Assembly: GCF_006345805.1 (NCBI RefSeq)
Contig: NC_043004.1
Location: 96,844,001 to 96,908,000 of the forward strand
Source: Octopus sinensis
Lineage: Eukaryota
DNA: 64,000 bases
Reading direction: 5' to 3'
Each line of letters starts with the position of its first letter. The stretch's first letter is position 1. Shown here piece by piece: positions 24,660-38,761 of the stretch. Made by a program: the position numbers and the translations under genes. The notes beneath the pieces are model-generated. The model was not told where the DNA came from. It worked only from the letters and a program-made list of their open reading frames with translations, and searched no databases.

Positions 24660-26160
24660 ATGTATATATATATATGTTGGTTGGCATCCTTTTTGTCTCG
24701 GGAGACAATGGAGTTGCGCATAAAGTAGTCTAGTCCGGCTTTTACATTTCATGTCCTGATACATTTCCTGCTGTGGCTGAAAGAAGCCCGTCGTATATAT
24801 GTATGTATATATATATATGTATATATGTGTATATGTTTGTGTGTCTGTGTTTGTCCCCCCAACATCGCTTGACAACCGATGCTGGTGTGTTTACGTCCCC
24901 GTAACTTAGCGGTTCGGCAAAAGAGCCCGATTGAATAAGTACTAGGCTTACAAAGAATAAGTCCTGGGATCGATTTGCTCGACTAAAGGCGGTGCTCCAG
25001 CATGGCCGCAGTCAAATGACTGAAACAAGCAAAAGAGTAAAAGAGAGTAAAGAGTATATTCTATTTTAGTTTTTATTTTATCTAGTTTCGGCTCACGAGT
25101 TGTGGCCATGCTGGGGCACCGCCATTTAGTATGTGTAAAATAAAAAATATAAAATGGCGCCAATTTACCCATCACATCCCGGAAATAGCTTAAATTGTAA
25201 AGGTATAACTGGAACTAATTTTGGTCATTAGTGTACACTTTAAACTAACACCATCGTACAACATATAGTATAAAATATAGCAATGCATATCTATGACACA
25301 ATCTCAATTCTCTCATTCACTTGTATTCCTTTTATCTATCATACTTCTACTTACACTTCTTCTACATCCTTTCTTACATGCAAATTAAGCTGTGCAACAA
25401 ACACACACGCACACACAAATGCTTATACAACAAAATTAAAAGAGATTATTTTGTGTGAAATGCGGGTTAGTAAATAATTTACATGTTTCTTTCCATGAAT
25501 ATTTTGGTAACTTTTATTTGGACACTCAATTTCTCTCTCTTCTAAGTTCATGCATGCTCTTACTCTTTTTCCTTGCTTCTTTCTCTCTCTCTCTCTCTCC
25601 TGCTCTCTTCCAACTTCTGCCACATGCTCTTTTCTGTACGTCAGTTTTTGTATGTTAGGCTCAGTTTAGATATTACAACAAAAGCTAAAGCAAACTATAT
25701 AGATACAAAAAGCAACCAATTCGTTTCTTGGGTTGTTTAATATAATTCAACCACAGTAAATACACACACACACACACATACATACACATGTATTTGCATA
25801 TGTTAACATGGGCAAACAGACATTATTATATACATACATACATACATGCATACATACATATATATACACACACACATATATGTGTAGGCTTGTATATATG
25901 TGTGTGTGTGTGTGTGTGCATGTGGATACACACACATATATATGTACACATACAGTGGAATAAATCTACATTGTAAAATATTTAGTTATAGTTATCCTTT
26001 ATTTATATTATAATTTAATATGTACACTCACATAGATGCCCAAATATAAATGTATCTGCATTTGAATGATGATATAAATGTGTGTGCATCTGTGTGCATG
26101 TATATATATATATATACATATGTATACATACATGTCTGTATACATATGTATTTGTATATG

Positions 26161-26205
<45 letters not shown>

Positions 26206-27710
26206 GTATGTATATATATATATGTTGGTTGGCATCCTTTTTGTCTCGGGAGACAATGGAGTTGCGCATAAAGTAGTCTAGTCCGGCTTTTACATTTCAT
26301 GTCCTGATACATTTCCTGCTGTGGCTGAAAGAAGCCCGTCGTATATATGTATGTATATATATATATGTATATATGTGTATATGTTTGTGTGTCTGTGTTT
26401 GTCCCCCCAACATCGCTTGACAACCGATGCTGGTGTGTTTACGTCCCCGTAACTTAGCGGTTCGGCAAAAGAGCCCGATTGAATAAGTACTAGGCTTACA
26501 AAGAATAAGTCCTGGGATCGATTTGCTCGACTAAAGGCGGTGCTCCAGCATGGCCGCAGTCAAATGACTGAAACAAGCAAAAGAGTAAAAGAGAGTAAAG
26601 AGTATATTCTATTTTAGTTTTTATTTTATCTAGTTTCGGCTCACGAGTTGTGGCCATGCTGGGGCACCGCCATTTAGTATGTGTAAAATAAAAAATATAA
26701 AATGGCGCCAATTTACCCATCACATCCCGGAAATAGCTTAAATTGTAAAGGTATAACTGGAACTAATTTTGGTCATTAGTGTACACTTTAAACTAACACC
26801 ATCGTACAACATATAGTATAAAATATAGCAATGCATATCTATGACACAATCTCAATTCTCTCATTCACTTGTATTCCTTTTATCTATCATACTTCTACTT
26901 ACACTTCTTCTACATCCTTTCTTACATGCAAATTAAGCTGTGCAACAAACACACACGCACACACAAATGCTTATACAACAAAATTAAAAGAGATTATTTT
27001 GTGTGAAATGCGGGTTAGTAAATAATTTACATGTTTCTTTCCATGAATATTTTGGTAACTTTTATTTGGACACTCAATTTCTCTCTCTTCTAAGTTCATG
27101 CATGCTCTTACTCTTTTTCCTTGCTTCTTCTCTCTCTCTCTCTCTCTCTACTGCTCTCTTCCAACTTCTGCCACATGCTCTTTTCTGTACGTCAGTTTTT
27201 GTATGTTAGGCTCAGTTTAGATATTACAACAAAAGCTAAAGCAAACTATATAGATACAAAAAGCAACCAATTCGTTTCTTGGGTTGTTTAATATAATTCA
27301 ACCACAGTAAATACACACACACACACACATACATACACATGTATTTGCATATGTTAACATGGGCAAACAGACATTATTATATACATACATACATACATGC
27401 ATACATACATATATATACACACACACATATATGTGTAGGCTTGTATATATGTGTGTGTGTGTGTGTGTGCATGTGGATACACACACATATATATGTACAC
27501 ATACAGTGGAATAAATCTACATTGTAAAATATTTAGTTATAGTTATCCTTTATTATATTATAATTTAATATGTACACTCACATAGATGCCCAAATATAAA
27601 TGTATCTGCATTTGAATGATGATATAAATGTGTGTGCATCTGTGTGCATGTATATATATATATATACATATGTATACATACATGTCTGTATACATATGTA
27701 TTTGTATATG

Positions 27711-27755
<45 letters not shown>
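24660..27755. repeat. Tandem duplication, 1548-bp unit, 2 copies
   Basis: ORF pairs offset by exactly 1548 (24948/26496, 25283/26831, 25455/27003); junctions lie in (TA)n. Confidence 0.95.
24676..24776 (-). mobile_element. 101-bp insertion (LINE 3'-end-like) inside a SINE A copy with 38-bp TSD
   Basis: CTGAAAGAAGCCCGTCGTATATATGTAT(A/G)TATATATAT is present at 24638-24675 and 24777-24814. The RTE-like assignment is from recall of 3' ends. Confidence 0.6.
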
Positions 27756-28439
27756 GTATGTATATTTATATATGTACAAATATGTGTGTGTATTTGTATG
27801 TATACATGTCTGTATGCATATTTGGATCAAGAGGGGATGAGAGAGGAAAAAGGCAATGTAATAAATATGCCGCCATGATTGCAAACTTAATATCTGGTTT
27901 AGGTTTATATTAAAACAACAAATACAAAAAAAATAATATTATCGAAAGACATGAAAGTAAGAAAGGGATATTATTTTTAAAATATATGGTTAGAAATGAA
28001 ATAGAATTTAATGAAAATGGAAGAGAAAGATGGATGACAAACAAGGAAAATTCATGAAAAATGTCAGAAAACTTTCATGGCAAATATATTTAAGAAAACT
28101 TCCAGGAAAATGTGAGAAAAATTTGAATGAAGAGAGAGATGTATGAAAAAAATGGATCAGCGAATAAAATAAAGGAAAATTTTTAAATAAATAAACTGAT
28201 AGAAAAATATATGAAGAAGAAATATTAGTCAATAACAATGAAAAAAAAAATTGTGAAGAAAATGTTAGACATTTCCAGAAGTCAAGGAAAAAAGGAGGTG
28301 GGGGGGGGGAGAAAAGTGGAAAAAACAAAAAAAATCATTGAAGAAGAAGTCGGAACAAATCAGGAACTGGTTGGTGTTAGAAAACAGTAGGTGGAAAATT
28401 TAGTTCATGTCAGTGGAAATGTACGAGAAATAAAGGATA

Positions 28440-28885
<446 letters not shown>

Positions 28886-29018
28886 CAATCCTATTGTTGC
28901 TGTGTTTATATCAAAAGTTATAAAATGGAATTTATTTTAAAAAGAAATGTTATTTTCAGTTCATGTGTTTTTATAGGATAAATTGTAAAGACATAAGCAG
29001 AAGATGCACACGAATATA

Positions 29019-29061
<43 letters not shown>

Positions 29062-29073
29062 ATATATATATAA

Positions 29074-29120
<47 letters not shown>

Positions 29121-29128
29121 TATATGTA

Positions 29129-29188
<60 letters not shown>

Positions 29189-29242
29189 GTATATATGTAT
29201 ATATGTATATATATATATATATATATAATATATATATATATA

Positions 29243-29286
<44 letters not shown>

Positions 29287-29706
29287 GCACACACACACAC
29301 ATTCATTTATTTATGCTCTTATTTAATTTAAAACATTTCCCCCAACAGAGAAAGAGTGGGTTTCCATCCCAGTAATAAGATATTGCCACTGGAAATGAAA
29401 CACAACCAAGTACTTCGTAACCATGTATGCATCTATGTAACTTTGTGCATATGTATCTGTGCATTTATATATATATGTGTGCATACATGTCAGTGCATAC
29501 GTGAATCTGTATAGTTTGATTTATGTATGTTTACATATGAATATATTTTGTTGATATGCGTTACATATTTTCACAATTCCACACATTGATTGCAACTGTA
29601 GTTTCTTAGTCATCAGTGACCATCTCGATTTTGTGGCGCTTAGATGCAGCAGGTGTTTCAATAATTAAAGGTATGAATTTCAAATTTACTCTAGTCATTA
29701 GAGTAT

Positions 29707-30102
29707 CTCTTTTACTCTTTTACTTGTTTCAATCATGTGACTGTGGCCATGCTGGAGTACCACCTTTAGTCGAGCAAATCGACCCCAGGACTTATTCTTT
29801 GTAAGCCTAGTACTTATTTTATCGGTGTCTTTTGCCAAGCTGCTTTTGCCAAGTTACGGGGATGTAAACACACCAGCATCGGTTGTCAAGCGATGTTGGG
29901 AGGACAAACACACACACACACATATATATACATATATACGATGGGCTTCTTTCAGTTTCTGTCTACCTAATCCACTCACAAGGCTTTGGTCAGTCTGTGG
30001 CTGTAGTAGAAGACACTTGGCCAAGGTGCCATGCAGTAGGACTGAACCCGGATCCATGTGGTTCATAAGCAAGCTACTTACCACACAGCCACTCCTACAC
30101 CT
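29707..30102 (-). mobile_element. SINE family A, full length
   Basis: Colinear with 374-777. Confidence 0.9.
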
Positions 30103-30685
30103 ATCTGTAAATGTTTTGCTAATCTTACATAGATGTTTTATATTACATTCATCATAACCCTTTTGTTAACATATCTCTGTTGAACTACACTGCATCTGTT
30201 TCAATTAATTTTAGAAAATAATAATAAATTAATTAAAATAACTATCAATATTAAGTTGGTGTTTGGGAAAAAAAAAACTAACATGAAATTTCGGAGGAAG
30301 GTTTTAATTTAGTCAATTACATTGGCCTTAGTACTCAACTGGTACTTGTTTTATCGACCAAGAAAAGATTAAAGACAACGTTGGCCTCACCAGAATTTGA
30401 ACACAGAACCTAAAGACTGATGAAATGCCGCTGAGCATTTTGCTTGGCTTGCTAACAATTCTGCCAGCTTGCTGCCCTAAATGATGTAGGTCATGTCAAG
30501 AGTATTAATTCCCAAGTCTGCATCAGTTGTCACGTCTACGTATTTTCCTGCATCTCTATCCGTTTTGTGTATCAGATATTTTGTTACTATTTGTTTTCAG
30601 TGGATTAAAAAACGTACTCTTCAAAGTGAAAGCTCGTATACCAATTGTTGACCCAAGACAGACTACTGTGCTTTTTATGTCAACA

Positions 30686-31125
30686 CTAGCAGCATAGCCC
30701 GGCGTTGCCCGGGTATGTAAGAGCCCCTAGTAGGCAACGACTAATCCCAATCTAGTCCTTTCCCTCTAGGGAATGAAGGCGCATGTGTAGGTTGCAATGT
30801 CTTCTCTTCACTCGAATACTTCTGTGTATACGATGTTCCTAGCTGTCCCTTTGGGCGATAAAAAGGTCGAGTTGTGTCCCCTAGACAGAAAATGTGTTGC
30901 ATATAAAAAGCTTAGATTCTCGACCCCATGTCGAATTTATCGATTTTTTTCAGAACTGAGGGAACTTTTCAAAATTTTCGCTGCGTTAGTTTTGAATTAT
31001 GACATTGGGCTATGTGTGTGTCAAGTGTCATCAGAATCGGTTGAAAGCCGTGGTCAGGGTGAGGGTACAACCTGACAGACACACACACACACAGACAGAC
31101 AAACTGCCGTTTATATAGAGAGAGA
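30686..31125 (-). mobile_element. Non-autonomous Helitron
   Basis: A|CTAG..hairpin CCCGGCGTTGCCCGGG..TATATAGAGAGAGA|T: 5' TC, 3' CTAG, inserted at an AT dinucleotide without TSD. Confidence 0.85.
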
Positions 31126-31341
31126 TATATTAAGTTATAGAGCAGTAAATGCAGTTAATACAAGCTTGAAGATACTTTCCAGATTTATTTTAAGAAATAC
31201 ATAATATTTCTAAGAATGGCTAAAACTATATTTAAAGTTGCACTTAGTCTCAAGTCTACATGAATATTATTCCATTTAATTTTATTGTTATGTGTGAATT
31301 TATACGACAAAAGTTACAGTTCAGACTTTACACCATTATAT

Positions 31342-32200
31342 TTCTTTCTTTATTGCCCACAAGGGGCTAAGCATAGAATGGACAAACAAGGACAGACAAA
31401 GGGATTAAGTCGATTACATCGACCCCAGCACGTAACTGGCACTTATTTAATCGACCCCCCGAAAGGATGAAAGGCAAAGTTGACCTCAACGGAATTTGAA
31501 CTCAGAACGTAATGGCAGACGAAATACCTATTTCTTTACTACCCACAAGGGGCTAAACACAGAGAGGACAAACAAGGACAGACAAACGGATTAAGTCGAT
31601 TATATCGACCCCAGTGCGTAACTGGTACTTATTTAATCGACCCCCGAAAGGATGAAAGGCAAAGTCGACCTCGGCGGAATTTGAACTCAGAATGTGAAGA
31701 CAGACGAAATACCGCTAAGCATTCCGTCCGGCGTGCTAACGATTCTGCCAGCTCGCAGACGAAATATCTATTTCTTTATTACCCACAAGGGGCTAAACAC
31801 AGAGGGGACAAACAAGAACAGACAAAGGGATTAAGTCGATTACATCGACCCCAGCACGTAACTGGCACTTATTTAATCGACCCCCGAAAGGATGAAAGGC
31901 AAAGTCGACCTCGGCGGAATTTGAACTCAGAATGTGAAGACAGACGAAATACCGCTAAGCATTCCGTCCGGCGTGCTAACGATTCTGCCAGCTCGCAGAC
32001 GAAATACCTATTTCTTTATTACCCACAAGGGGCTAAACACAGAGGGGACAAACAAGGACAGACAAAGGGATTAAGTCAATTACATCGACCCCAGCACGTA
32101 ACTGGTACTTATTTAATCGACCCCCGAAAGGATGAAAGGCAAAGTTGACCTCAACGGAATTTGAACTCAGAACGTAATGACAGACGAAACACCACTATGC
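31342..32200 (-). mobile_element. Tandem array of four SINE B units (240-bp period in the middle)
   Basis: Units begin near 31345, 31531, 31771 and 32011; the junction GACGAAATA(C/T)CTATTTCTTTA recurs. Confidence 0.92.
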
Positions 32201-32528
32201 ATTGTTTGTCCCCTCTGCATTATTGGCATCAGAGAATAAAATATGATGAGTTATATTTTGATGATTAAAGGCTTTTCGGATCTAGTTTCTTTGAATTTTT
32301 AATTAAAGCTTGAAATACGAAAAATCTTTTGACAACTTGGTACATACATACATACATACATACATGCATACATATGTACATACATACATACATACATACA
32401 CAATCATGTATAGGTGAAATAAGTTTACCATCAATAATATAAGTTTGTTGCTTAGGGAAATGGTAAGAATTAAGCGCAGTAACATTTCAGATGTTATCCT
32501 TCTTTGGACAGTGGAAAAGGAGGAAAAA

Positions 32529-32761
32529 TTACTCTTTTACTTGTTTCAGTCATTTGACTGCGGCCATGCTGGAGCACCGCATTTAATCGAGCAAATCGAC
32601 CCCAGGACTTATTCTTTGGAAGCCTTGTACTTATTCTATCGGTCTCTTTTGCCGAACCGCTAAGTTACGGGGACGTAAACATACCACCATCAGTTGACAA
32701 GTGATGTTGGGGGGACAAACACAGGCACACAAACATATACACAGACATAATATACATATAT

Positions 32762-32829
<68 letters not shown>

Positions 32830-32943
32830 TACGACGGTCTTATTTCAGTTTCCGTTTGCCAAATCCACTCACAAGGCTTTGGTTGGCCCGAGGCTATAGC
32901 AGAAGACACTTGCCCAAGGTGCCACGCAGTGGGACTGAACCCG
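32529..32943 (-). mobile_element. SINE family A, head truncated
   Basis: Colinear with other family A copies. Confidence 0.88.
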
Positions 32944-33436
32944 TAACGATAAAGAGAAATTGTTAAATGGAAGTGAAAATAGCAAAATAAAAGTGCAATC
33001 TTTGTGAAAACAGACATGTGGAGATGGTCTACGTACAGGCCATCGACTGACTAGAATCTGGTTGGTGGGCTACATAGAGCGTTTTAAGACAAAAGAGTAG
33101 ATATTAGGACAGATGTGTTTCCATGTGCACGTTGGTGCATGTGTGTATATATGCATGAGGAATGTGGTGAAGTAGTTTCTATGTATGCATGGTACTTTGC
33201 ATATGGTGTGTTTGTATGTGTGCATGCGTGCGTGCGTGTTTGTATGTGTGTGGGTGTGTTTCTATATCAGTGTGTGTTTGTGCATGTGCATATGTTGAGT
33301 GATAGAAGTTCGATGTCTGGAAAGCTGGCTAATGGGTGGACGTGTCTATGCAATTGCTTGTAAGTGTATGTGTGTGTTTGTGTGCGAGGGATGTGAAAGA
33401 GTTATCATTCAGTGTGCATGCGTAGTTATCGATGTT

Positions 33437-33856
33437 CCTTTTTTCTTTACTACCCACAAAGAGCTGCACCCAGAGGGGACGAACAAGGACAGATAAACAG
33501 ATTAAGTCGATTATATCGACCCTAGTGGATAACTGGCACTTATTTAATCGACCCCCGAAAGGATAAAAGGCAAAGTCGCCCTCGGCGGAATTTGAACTCA
33601 GAACGTAGCGGCAGAGGAAATACCTATTTCTTTATTACTCACAAGGGGCTAAACACAGAGAGGACAAACAAGGACAGACAAACGGATTAAGTCGATTATA
33701 TCGCCCCCAGTGCGTAACTGGTATTTATTTAATCGACCCCCGAAAGGATGAAAGGCAAAGTCGACCTCGGCGGAATTTGAACTCAGAACGTAACGGCAGA
33801 CGAAATACCGGCAAGCATTTCACCCGGCGTGCTAAAGTTTCTGTCAGCTCGTCGCC
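33437..33856 (-). mobile_element. Dimeric SINE B (head-body-tail-body-tail) with 11-bp TSD
   Basis: TTATCGATGTT at 33426-33436 and 33857-33867 flanks both monomers together. Confidence 0.9.
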
Positions 33857-34836
33857 TTATCGATGTTTCATGTGTTGAGTGAATGTGACTGCATATTTAT
33901 GTGCATGCTTATTGTCTATAGATCTGTGTGTGCATGTGCATGGAAACAAAAATGCGTCTGTTATACTGTAATGAAAATTTGTGATTAATATGTTCGTGTA
34001 TTTGATTTTTAAAAAAGCAATGATGTGCTTAATGGTTAATCACGTATTGTATGGATTAGTGCACATGCTTACGTGCATACTCGTATGTATTAAAGCGTTG
34101 TTTTATGCTGTGAAGAACAAATGCAAACATGCGTAAAAGTGTAGCATGTGTGGTATGTGTATGCACAGTGTGTATCCAAGTGGATATTATGGAAGGACGT
34201 GTTAAAATGTAACTAGGTTATTTTGGTTGATTTTCGTATGTGTGAGGGTTATAGATTTTCGGATGTGTGTGTGTAAGTGGATGTATCAAAGGCCAAAAAG
34301 AATGTAGATTTGAATGGGAAACATAGAACGCTTCTCTCTATTAAACCCAGAGTTAGTAGGTCCATTGTGAAAGGCCAAACTATATATATATAGTAAATTG
34401 GAGTGTTGAGTGGTTCGAGGAGTGGTTCGAGAAGTGGCGAGAGCCCGAGAGATGGATTGTGAGCTAGATGTCACAAGATGTTCTGTGAATGGATTTGTTT
34501 TACAAAACATTTCAGAGAGAGCATTAAGACAGTAAATGAAACTGGTAGAGATGAAAGGATGAGAAAACGGGTAGTTGTGACAATTCGTTCCAGTGAGAGA
34601 AACTATGTTGGCGAGAATAAATAATCCAGAACTCGTAGACTGAAGAAATTAAAATATCATATTATTGATTTCAAATTTTGGCACAAAGCCAGCAATTTCA
34701 GGAGAGAGGGCAAGTTGACACTCCATACTCAACTGGTACTTCTTTTATTGGCCCTGAAAGAACGGAAGGCAAAGTATTTGAACTTAAAACATAGTGATGG
34801 ATGAAATGCCACTATGCATTTTGTCTGGCATGTTAA

Positions 34837-35143
34837 AGGTGGAGGCACATGGCCTAGTGGTTAGAGCAGTGGATTCACGGTCGAGGGATCGTGGGTTCGA
34901 ATCTCAGACTGGGTGATATATGTGTTTATGAGCGAAACACCTAAGCTCCACGCGGCTCCGGCAGAAGGTAATGGCGAACTTCTGCTGACTCTTTCACCAC
35001 AACTTTCTCTCACTCTTTCCTCCTGCATCTTGCAGCTCACCTGCGACGGACCGGTGTCCCATCCAGGTGGGGAACCTATATGCCAAAGAAACCGGGGAAC
35101 CAGCCCTTATGAGCCAGGCATGGCTCGAGTAGGAACAAGCAAT
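34837..35143 (+). mobile_element. SINE family C nested in a SINE B, 11-bp TSD
   Basis: tRNA-like head TGGCCTAGTGG..GGTTCGAATC; TSD TGGCATGTTAA at 34826-36 and 35144-54. Confidence 0.92.
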
Positions 35144-35434
35144 TGGCATGTTAATGATTCTTGTAGCTTGCCGCCATAAACTATTATATTATTGTGAGAC
35201 TATAAATACAGACTGAATTCTGAAAATAAAGTGGATTCTGTTAAAGGTTTGCACGGACCAGATGCTAGCAGGATTAATGTGGTAGCAAGCACAAATGCAA
35301 AAATATTTTCTGTCTCCCAAATTCATGCACATGACATTGGTCAGACTTGAACTAAAGTACACAAGACATGCCCAAGTTGCCACACTGTAAAACTGAACCC
35401 AATGGCCAAGTGATTGCAAAGCAAGTTAGTATTG

Positions 35435-35734
35435 TTTGTTCCTTCTCGAGCCATGCCTGGCACATAAGGGCTGGTTTCCCGGTTTCTTTGGCATATAGGT
35501 TCCCCACCTTGATGGGACGCCGGTCCATCGCAGATGAGCTGCAAGATGCAGGAGGAAAGAGTGAGAGAAAGTTGTGGCAAAAGAGTCAGCAGAAGTTCGC
35601 CATTACCTTCTGCCGGAGCTGCGTGGAGCTTAGATGTTTTGCTCATAAACACACACATCGCCCGATCTGAGATTCGAACCCACGGTCCCTCGACCGTGAG
35701 TCTGCTGCTGTAACCACTTGGCTATGTACCTCCA
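35435..35734 (-). mobile_element. SINE family C, 13-bp TSD, inverted relative to the 34837 copy
   Basis: TSD CAAGTTAGTATTG at 35422-34 and 35735-47; about 90% identical to the neighbouring copy by manual comparison. Confidence 0.92.
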
Positions 35735-36160
35735 CAAGTTAGTATTGGTAGGTCTACCACACAATTTCAAAACTGGAAATTGAAACAAACCTTATTTTAA
35801 ACCCTTATATTCATGAGAGCTGACCTTGTTCTGGGGCTCCACTTTTACAAATATTTACTTCAATGCAAGTATTTGTGATATAAGCTTGTGTGTATATGTG
35901 TGCGTGTGACTGTGTGTGTGATTGTGAGTATGTGTGTGTGATTGTGTGTGATTATGTTTGTGTGTTGGAGAGGACAATGTGGACATAAAAATTTTGCCTC
36001 AAATTATACAATATACAAGAAATTTCAAGGAAGAATTTGAGGTTATCAGTACAACATCTCTTACTTGATAGATATTAATTCATAATCCTCAACTTATTTA
36101 AACAGTGCTTCCCAATTTATCAACCTCTAGTATGTCAATATGCTTAGATTCCTCACACAG

Positions 36161-36306
36161 AAATAGCTATGGCTACCACGAAGAAGTCATCTCATCTACA
36201 GACACACCTACGCCAAAATATCAGTGATGACTTCTTCAACACCACTGCACAAATGTTCCACCTCGTATCTGTTTGCCATCTTGTGTCCCCACCAGGCTGT
36301 GTTGTT
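36161..36306 (+). CDS. Candidate internal exon (phase 1 to 0)
   Basis: ttcctcacacag|...|gtaagt; open frame (E)IAMATTKKSSHLQTHLRQNISDDFFNTTAQMFHLVSVCHLVSPPGCVV. No recognisable homology. Confidence 0.25.
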
Positions 36307-36689
36307 GTAAGTTGTAAATCATTCACTACAGAATAACTGTCAGCCTCTTGTCAAATAAGACAATCACTTGGTAATTAATTGTTTTATGTTTATGCTGGGT
36401 TTAAAGATTACTTAGTGTTTCTAACTTCCACCGGGCATATGCATGTATACATATGTATATATATGTACATGGAGAGAGAGAGAGTAAGAGACTGGGTGAT
36501 GGGGGGAACAAGGAGAGTCCTTAACGTCTTTCTCACTTGTTTATTGGTTTCTATAATCATTGAATATATTTATTTTAGTCATGCCATGTACCATTAGTCT
36601 GCACCAAATCACAAAACTGTACTTTGTACTTCTAGTTGTCCACAAGTATCTTCCGAAAGGATCATTTTGAATGATTAATCTTTCTGCAG

Positions 36690-36830
36690 ATATTCGATTG
36701 GGATTTGTGGTTAACTTTGAAAGCAGTTAAACATTGGACTGACTGCCTTATCGACATGTCTACCCTTGATGCCGATGCCAGATTCATGGACTGCAACTGG
36801 GTGTGGAAGGGAAGAAGAGGACTATATTAA
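36690..36830 (+). CDS. Candidate terminal exon (phase 0)
   Basis: attaatctttctgcag| followed by 46 open codons IFDWDLWLTLKAVKHWTDC..CNWVWKGRRGLY*. No recognisable homology. Confidence 0.2.
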   Translation: MFDWDLWLTLKAVKHWTDCLIDMSTLDADARFMDCNWVWKGRRGLY

Positions 36831-37329
36831 TATAATGGAATTAACGTGGTGTAATAGCAAGCAATGATACTGTTTCAAGAGTGTGAAAGAGAGAGAGGGG
36901 ATGGAGAAGGAATAGGAGGAGAAGAAGAAGAAGAAGAGGAAGGAGAGAAGGTGCTGGTAGGAATAAGATTCGTCACTGCACAAGGTAGGCTGTTATAGGA
37001 AGTTGACCAGACCAGTTTTCAGATGTGATGAATAGGAAGGACAGTGGCATTTTGGGATTAACAGTTTTGTGAAAGTATTTGCCAAATCTCTGGTTACAAT
37101 ACCAAATAAGCCACCCAATTATTACATGATTTATGTATGCGTCTGTGTATGGGTCTATGTATGTATGTGTGTGCATGTGTAAGTTTGTGTTTGTGTATGT
37201 GTGAGTGTGTGTATCTGTCTGTCTATGTGTATTGCAGTGTATGTATATCACACATATGTTTATATATGCACACTTGATGAAAACTTTATTTCACTGCATG
37301 AGCATGATCTATTTATTTATGTATATGTG

Positions 37330-37592
37330 CAATCGTTTAACGTCCGCTTTCCATGCTAGCATGGGTTGGACGATTTTGACTGAGGGCTGGCAACCAGATG
37401 GCTGCACCAGGCTCCAGCCTTGATCTGGCAGAATTTCTACAGCTAGATGCCCTTCCTAACGCCAACCACTCTGAGAGTGTAGTGGGTGCTTTTTACATGC
37501 CACCTGCACGGGGGCCAGTCAGGCGGTACTGGCAATGACCTCACTCGAATCTTTTTACACATGCCAGTGAAGCGACGTTGGTAATGATCACG
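37330..37592 (-). mobile_element. RTE-type 3' UTR/tail fragment
   Basis: Reverse complement of the GGCGTTAGGAAGGGCATC..CCAACCCATGCTAGCATGG..GGACGTTAAACG tail seen at 57100-57240. Confidence 0.8.
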
Positions 37593-38174
37593 ATATAAAA
37601 TATATATATGAATATATTATTAATATTATTATTACTAGTATTGTTGCTATACATACATACATACATACATACAAGCATACGTAATGATAATAATAATAAG
37701 TGGATGTAAACACATGAACAAAATAAGAAAAAACAAAAACAACAATAAAAACAAATTACATGAATGTATATAAACAGAAGATACAAATATTACAGGCACC
37801 CCCACACACACACACTAAATAAACATAGATGCACATAGAGATATAAGCATGCGCAAATGAAGACATAAAATAGAAATACAAAATGGCTGACGGTTAGTAA
37901 AGAGAGACACAAATAAGAAAGAAGAAAACAAAGGACCACTGATGCGGTCACAGGAGTGTGACGAAAGAACTCTGGCCAAAATAAGATTAAGATTAATGTA
38001 AAAAATAAATAACAGTGAAGCAAAATAATACCAAATATATAGTGCGTGTGTTTTTATTGGTTAAACTGGCAAAATGACCATTCCGAAATATAACAATATA
38101 TGTATATATATATGTATGTATATATGTATATATATATAAGTATATATATATGTATATATATGTATATATATATG

Positions 38175-38265
<91 letters not shown>

Positions 38266-38442
38266 GTCAATTCAAATAAACAATCAATAAAAGAAAATGA
38301 ATGATAAAATTAATGGACAACAAGAGAACATGTACAAGGAATGTACTAGCTTGACACTTGGTAAAAAGAGAGGGTTTGACGTTTCATTGGAAAGGAAAAA
38401 GTTCAAAGTTCAAAGAAGGAAAAGAAATCTCCAACAGTATGC

Positions 38443-38479
<37 letters not shown>

Positions 38480-38482
<3 letters not shown>

Positions 38483-38711
38483 CATCCAAACAAGAAAACA
38501 CAAAAAAACACAACAACGCGAGGACGTGGAACAAATATAGTATTATTGGACGCTCAGGAAAGAAGGAAAGAAGGAGGGTTTAACGTTTCGAGCGGAGCTC
38601 TTTGTCGGAAACATAGGAGAAGGAAAGATCCAGAAAAGGGAAAACAGAGGAAAAAAAATTGCCAACAGTACACACGAGGTCACATTATATTATATATATA
38701 TAATATATATA

Positions 38712-38761
<50 letters not shown>

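Noticed and set aside
31342-32200. CRISPR-like or coding tandem array (155-aa ORF at 31681)
   Set aside because: The units are SINE monomers with no unique spacers; the ORF is the antisense reading of the SINE.
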